DNA of 64,000 nucleotides, taken from contig CM082594.2 in NCBI GenBank assembly GCA_040954595.2, positions 6,716,840 to 6,780,839 of the forward strand, in the 5' to 3' direction. This stretch comes from Balanoglossus misakiensis. Its lineage: Eukaryota; Animalia; Hemichordata. How positions within the stretch are numbered: the first letter of the stretch is position 1; every line of letters begins with the position of its first letter. The position numbers were made by a program, and so were the translations under genes. The notes under the pieces were generated by a model, which had not been told where the DNA came from, searched no databases, and was given only the letters and a program-made list of their open reading frames with translations. Shown one piece after another: positions 55,601 through 64,000 of the stretch.

Positions 55601-58600
55601 GGACAACAATAACTGAAGCACCAGTAACATCTGTATCAACACCAAAAGTGACTTCTGTGCAGTCTACAGAAACACAAGGCCCTACAACAACACTTGCTCC
55701 TGGAACAACATTGACTCCAGGGACAACAGTAACTGAAGCACCAGTAACAACTGTATCAACACGAAAAGTGACTTCTGTGCAGTCTACAGAAACACAAGGC
55801 CCTACAACAACACTTGCCCCTGGAACAACAGTGACTCCAGGGACAACAGTAACTGAAGCACCAGTAACAACTGTATCAACACCAAAAGTGACTTCTGTGC
55901 AGTCTACAGAAACACAAGGCCCTACAACAACACTTGCTCCTGGAACAACATTGACTCCAGGGACAACAGTAACTGAAGCACCAGTAACAACTCTATCAAC
56001 ATCAAAAGTGACTTCTGTGCAGTCGACAGAAACACAAGGTCCTACAACACTTGCTCCTGGAACAACATTGACTCCAGGGACAACAGTAACTGAAGCACCA
56101 GTAACAACTGTATCAACACCAAAAGTGACTTCTGTGCAGTCGACAGAAACACAAGGCCCTACAACAACACTTGCTCCTAGAACAACAGTGTCTCCAGGGA
56201 CAACAGTAACTGAAGCACCAGTAACAACTGTATCAACACCAACAGTGACTTCTGTGCAGTCTACAGAAACACAAGGCCCTACAACAACACTTGCTCCTGG
56301 AACAACAGTGACTCCAGGGACAACAATAACTGAAGCACCAGTAACATCTGTATCAACACCAAAAGTGACTTCTGTGCAGTCTACAGAAACACAAGGCCCT
56401 ACAATAACACTTGCTCCTGGAACAACATTGACTCCAGGGACAACAGTAACTGAAACACCAGTAACAACTGTATCAACACGAAAAGTGACTTCTGTGCAGT
56501 CTACAGAAACACAAGGCCCTACAACAACACTTGCCCCTGGAACAACAGTGACTCCAGGGACAACAGTAACTGAAGCACCAGTAACAACTGTATCAACACC
56601 AAAAGTGACTTCTGTGCAGTCTACAGAAACACAAGGCCCTACAACAACACTTGCTCCTGGAACAACATTGACTCCAGGGACAACAGTAACTGAAGCACCA
56701 GTAACAACTCTATCAACATCAAAAATGACTTCTGTGCAGTCGACAGAAACACAAGGTCCTACAACAACACTTGCTCCTGGAACAACAGTGACTCCAGGGA
56801 CAACAGTAACTGAAGCACCAGTAACAACTGTATCAACACCAAAAGTGACTTCTGTGCAGTCGACAGAAACACAAGGCCCTACAACAACACTTGCTCCTAG
56901 AACAACAGTGTCTCCAGGGACAACAGTAACTGAAGCACCAGTAACAACTGTATCAACACCAAAAGTGACTTCTGTGCAGTCTACTGAAACACAAGGCCCT
57001 ACAACAACACTTGCTCCTGGAACAACAGTGTCTCCAGGGACAACAGTAACTGAAGCACCAGTAACAACTCTATCATCACCAAAAGTGACTTCTGTGCAGT
57101 CTACTGAAACACAAGGCCCTACAACAACACTTGCTCCTGGAACAACAGTGACTCCAGGGACAACAGTATCTGAAGCACCAGTAACAACTGTATCAACACG
57201 AAAAGTGACTTGTGTGCAGTCTACAGAAACACAAGGCCCTACAACAACACTTGCTCCTGGAACAACAGTGTCTCCAGGGACAACAGTAACTGAAGCACCA
57301 GTAACAACTGTATCAACACCAAAAGTGACTTCTGTGCAGTCTACTGAAACACAAGGCCCTACAACAACACTTGCTCCTGGAACAACAGTGACTCCAGGGA
57401 CAACAGTAACTGAAGCACCAGTAACAACTGTATCAACACGAAAAGTGACTTCTGTGCAGTCTACAGAAACACAAGGCCCTACAACAACACTTGCTCCTGG
57501 AACAACAGTGTCTCCAGGGACAACAGTAACTGAAGCACCAGTAACAACTGTATCAACACCAAAAGTGACTTCTGTGCAGTCTACTGAAACACAAGGCCCT
57601 ACAACAACACTTGCTCCTGGAACAACAGTGACTCCAGGGACAACAGTAACTGAAGCACCAGTAACAACTGTATCAACACGAAAAGTGACTTCTGTGCAGT
57701 CTACAGAGACACAAGGCCCTACAACAACACTTGCTCCTGGAACAACAGTGACTCCAGGGACAACAGTAACTGAGGCACCAGTAACAACTGTATCAACACC
57801 AAAAGTGACTTCTTCGCAGTCGACAGAAACACAAGGCCCTACAACAACACTTGCTCCTGGAACAACAGTGACTCCAGGGACAACAGTAACTGAAGCACCA
57901 GTAACAACTGTATCAACACCAAAAGTGACTTCTGTGCAGTCGACAGAAACACAAGGCCCTACAACAAAACTTGCTCCTGGAACAACATTCACTCCAGGGA
58001 CAACAGTAACTGAAGCATCAGTAACAACTGTATCAACACCAAAAGTGACTTCTGTGCAGTCGACAGAAACACAAGGCCCTACAACAACACTTGCTCCTAG
58101 AACAACAGTGTCTCCAGGGACAACAGTAACTGAAGCACCAGTAACAACTGTATCAACACCAAAAGTGACTTCTGTGCAGTCTACAGAAACACAAGGCCCT
58201 ACAACAACATTTGCTCCTGGAACTAAAGTGACTCCAGGGACAACAGTAACTGAAGCACCAGTAACAACTGTATCAACACCAAAAGTGACTTCTGTGCAGT
58301 CGACAGAAACACAAGGCCCTACAACAACACTTGCTCCTAGAACAACAGTGTCTCCAGGGACAACAGTAACTGAAGCACCAGTAACAACTGTATCAACACC
58401 AAAAGTGACTTCTGTGCAGTCTACTGAAACACAAGGCCCTACAACAACACTTGCTCCTGGAACAACAGTGTCTCCAGGGACAACAGTAACTGAAGCACCA
58501 GTAACAACTCTATCATCACCAAAAGTGACTTCTGTGCAGTCTACTGAAACACAAGGCCCTACAACAACACTTGCTCCTGGAACAACAGTGACTCCAGGGA

Positions 58601-61600
58601 CAACAGTATCTGAAGCACCAGTAACAACTGTATCAACACGAAAAGTGACTTCTGTGCAGTCTACAGAAACACAAGGCCCTACAACAACACTTGCTCCTGG
58701 AACAACAGTGTCTCCAGGGACAACAGTAACTGAAGCACCAGTAACAACTGTATCAACACCAAAAGTGACTTCTGTGCAGTCTACTGAAACACAAGGCCCT
58801 ACAACAACACTTGCTCCTGGAACAACAGTGACTCCAGGGACAACAGTAACTGAAGCACCAGTAACAACTGTATCAACACGAAAAGTGACTTCTGTGCAGT
58901 CTACAGAAACACAAGGCCCTACAACAACACTTGCTCCTGGAACAACAGTGACTCCAGGGACAACAGTAACTGAAGCACCAGTAACAACTGTATCAACACC
59001 AAAAGTGACTTCTTCGCAGTCGACAGAAACACAAGGCCCTACAACAACACTTGCTCCTGGAACAACAGTGACTCCAGGGACAACAGTAACTGAAGCACCA
59101 GTAACAACTGTATCAACACCAAAAGTGACTTCTGTGCAGTCGACAGAAACACAAGGCCCTACAACAAAACTTGCTCCTGGAACAACATTGACTCCAGGGA
59201 CAACAGTAACTGAAGCATCAGAAACAACTGTATCAACACCAAAAGTGACTTCTGTGCAGTCGACAGAAACACAAGGCCCTACAACAACACTTGCTCCTGG
59301 AACAACATTGACTCCGGGGACAACAGTAACTGAAGCACCAGTAACAACTGTATCAACACCAAAAGTGACTTCTGTGCAGTCGACAGAAACACAAGGCCCT
59401 ACAACAACACTTGCTCCTAGAACAACAGTGTCTCCAGGGACAACAGTAACTGAAGCACCAGTAACAACTGTATCAACACCAAAAGTGACTTCTGTGCAGT
59501 CTACTGAAACACAAGGCCCTACAACAACACTTGCTCCTGGAACAACAGTGTCTCCAGGGACAACAGTAACTGAAGCACCAGTAACAACTCTATCATCACC
59601 AAAAGTGACTTCTGTGCAGTCTACTGAAACACAAGGCCCTACAACAACACTTGCTCCTGGAACAACAGTGACTCCAGGGACAACAGTATCTGAAGCACCA
59701 GTAACAACTGTATCAACACGAAAAGTGACTTCTGTGCAGTCTACAGAAACACAAGGCCCTACAACAACACTTGCTCCTGGAACAACAGTGTCTCCAGGGA
59801 CAACAGTAACTGAAGCACCAGTAACAACTGTATCAACACCAAAAGTGACTTCTGTGCAGTCTACTGAAACACAAGGCCCTACAACAACACTTGCTCCTGG
59901 AACAACAGTGACTCCAGGGACAACAGTAACTGAAGCACCAGTAACAACTGTATCAACACGAAAAGTGACTTCTGTGCAGTCTACAGAAACACAAGGCCCT
60001 ACAACAACACTTGCTCCTGGAACAACAGTGACTCCAGGGATAACAGTAACTGAAGCACCAGTAACAACTGTATCAACACCAAAAGTGACTTCTTCGCAGT
60101 CGACAGAAACACAAGGCCCTACAACAACACTTGCTCCTGGAACAACAGTGACTCCAGGGATAACAGTAACTGAAGCACCAGTAACAACTGTATCAACACC
60201 AAAAGTGACTTCTTCGCAGTCGACAGAAACACAAGGCCCTACAACAACACTTGCTCCTGGAACAACAGTGACTCCAGGGACAACAGTAACTGAAGCACCA
60301 GTAACAACTGTATCAACACCAAAAGTGACTTCTGTGCAGTCGACAGAAACACAAGGCCCTACAACAAAACTTGCTCCTGGAACAACATTGACTCCAGGGA
60401 CAACAGTAACTGAAGCATCAGTAACAACTGTATCAACACCAAAAGTGACTTCTGTGCAGTCGACTGAAACACAAGGCCCTACAACAACACTTGCTCCTAG
60501 AACAACAGTGTCTCCAGGGACAACAGTAACTGAAGCACCAGTAACAACTGTATCAACACCAAAAGTGACTTCTGTGCAGTCTACAGAAACACAAGGCCCT
60601 ACAACAACATTTGCTCCTGGAACTAAAGTGACTCCAGGGACAACAGTAACTGAAGCACCAGTAACAACTGTATCAACACCAAAAGTGACTTCTGTGCAGT
60701 CTACAGAAACACAAGGCCCTACAACAACATTTGCTCCTGGAACTAAAGTGACTCCAGGGACAACAGTAACTGAAGCACCAGTAACAACTGTATCAACACC
60801 AAAAGTGACTTCTGTGCAGTCGACAGAAACACAAGGCCCTACAACAAAACTTGCTCCTGGAACAACATTGACTCCAGGGACAACAGTAACTGAAGCATCA
60901 GTAACAACTGTATCAACACCAAAAGTGACTTCTGTGCAGTCGACTGAAACACAAGGCCCTACAACAACACTTGCTCCTAGAACAACAGTGTCTCCAGGGA
61001 CAACAGTAACTGAAGCACCAGTAACAACTGTATCAACACCAAAAGTGACTTCTGTGCAGTCTACAGAAACACAAGGCCCTACAACAACATTTGCTCCTGG
61101 AACTAAAGTGACTCCAGGGACAACAGTAACTGAAGCACCAGTAACAACTGTATCAACACTAAAAGTGACTTCTGTGCAGTCTACAGAAATACAAGGCCCT
61201 ACAACAACACTTGCTCCTGGAACAACAATAACTGAAGCACCAGTAACAACTGTATCAACACCAAAAGTGACTTCTGTGCAGTCTACAGAAACACAAGGCC
61301 CTACAACAACACTTGCTCCTGGAACAACAGTGACTCCAGGGACAACAGTAACTGAAGCACCAGTAACAACTGTATCAACACCAAAAGTGACTTCTGTGCA
61401 GTCGACAGAAACACAAGGCCCTACAACAACACTTGCTCCTGGAACAACATTGACTCCAGGGACAACAATAACTGAAACACCAGTAAAAACTGTATCAACA
61501 CCAAAAGTGACTTCTGTGCAGTCGACAGAAACACAAGGCCCTACAACAACACTTGCTCCTGGAACAACATTGACTCCAGGGATAACAATAACTGAAACAC

Positions 61601-61705
61601 CAGTAAAAACTGTATCAACACCAAAAGTGACTTCTGTGCAGTCTACAGAAACACAAAGCCCTACAACAACACTTCCTCCTCGTAAACCAGCCACTACAGA
61701 AACAG
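43643..61705 (+). CDS. Giant mucin exon D (~6021 codons, 18 kb) of the 40-aa repeat
   Basis: cttatatttcaag|AA CCA AAA GTG and donor GAA ACA G|gtaaca. Open frame (ORF 43651..61761). Confidence 0.88.
43645..61680 (+). repeat. 120-bp coding minisatellite array D, ~150 units
   Basis: Period 120, with 3-bp deletions near 53168 and 56045 and an 18-bp deletion near 61225. Confidence 0.97.
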
Positions 61706-61946
61706 GTAACACTTCTCACGATATATTATTTCTACACAAAGTTCTTGTTTTCGTATTATGAGTAGTGTAATACACAGTATTATCTTTTACCAACATTCAC
61801 TTTCTATGATACATTTCTATTCCATCATAGTATGTGTTTAATATTATTTTTCAATTACCACTACATCTGGAAAAACTAGTCAGTGAGGCTCCCCAGCAAT
61901 CTCTATGTATAACTTGACATATTCTCTTATGTTTTTTCCTGGACAG

Positions 61947-62002
61947 TATTTTACACCACTAAGAACTGTTGGCAGTTCACACCATGTGTTCTTGTGTTTG
62001 CT
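61947..62002 (+). CDS. Candidate 56-nt phase 1 to 0 exon (VFYTTKNCWQFTPCVLVFA)
   Basis: Strong acceptor attctcttatgttttttcctggacag| and donor GCT|gtaaga. Open, and it bridges the phase-1 donor at 61705 to the phase-0 acceptor at 62391. Confidence 0.5.
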
Positions 62003-62189
62003 GTAAGATGAAGCCCCCACCCCTCGCATCCCAACCACTTTCTCATTTAAGTGAGGAAGCATAATTGCATTGAAACTAATAGTGAATAAAGTTTCGTTTC
62101 ACAAATACATTACTGGCTGTTTGTATTCTTTATCTCTATTGATTCCCACCCATACCAAATGATTTCTTATGACCAGTCTGTAATATGCT

Positions 62190-64000
<1,811 letters not shown>

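Noticed and set aside
4246-61712. Very long minus-strand Val/Gly/Cys-rich ORFs (up to 5243 aa; also 169..1038)
   Set aside because: They are shadow frames of the repeat. A stop-free unit stays open when amplified, and these frames are broken by sporadic variants while the + frame never is. Splice signals fit only the + strand.

Overview
Eukaryotic (metazoan, probably marine invertebrate; taxon is inference only) genomic DNA. The whole window looks like an internal part of one giant + strand mucin-like gene with GT-AG introns, and neither its start nor its end is visible. The 5' ~4 kb holds small phase-1 exons: Thr-rich spacers, three sushi/CCP domains, an EPN C-type lectin domain and a degenerate F-type lectin (fucolectin) domain. 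Four very large uninterrupted exons follow (about 11.4, 13.9, 8.2 and 18.1 kb), plus a fifth that runs off the window. All are built from a 120-bp/40-aa Thr-rich repeat ([41 protein letters not shown]), roughly 430 copies in total. My exon model gives about 55.8 kb of open frame (~18,600 aa). The three ~1.9-2.0 kb spacers between the giant exons are paralogous. Each carries a frame-preserving 36-nt microexon, a near-invariant 44-nt frame-shifting candidate exon whose inclusion would put a stop in that microexon, and conserved inverted repeats. Together these suggest a repeated splicing switch controlling mucin length (hypothesis). The long minus-strand ORFs are shadows of the repeat.
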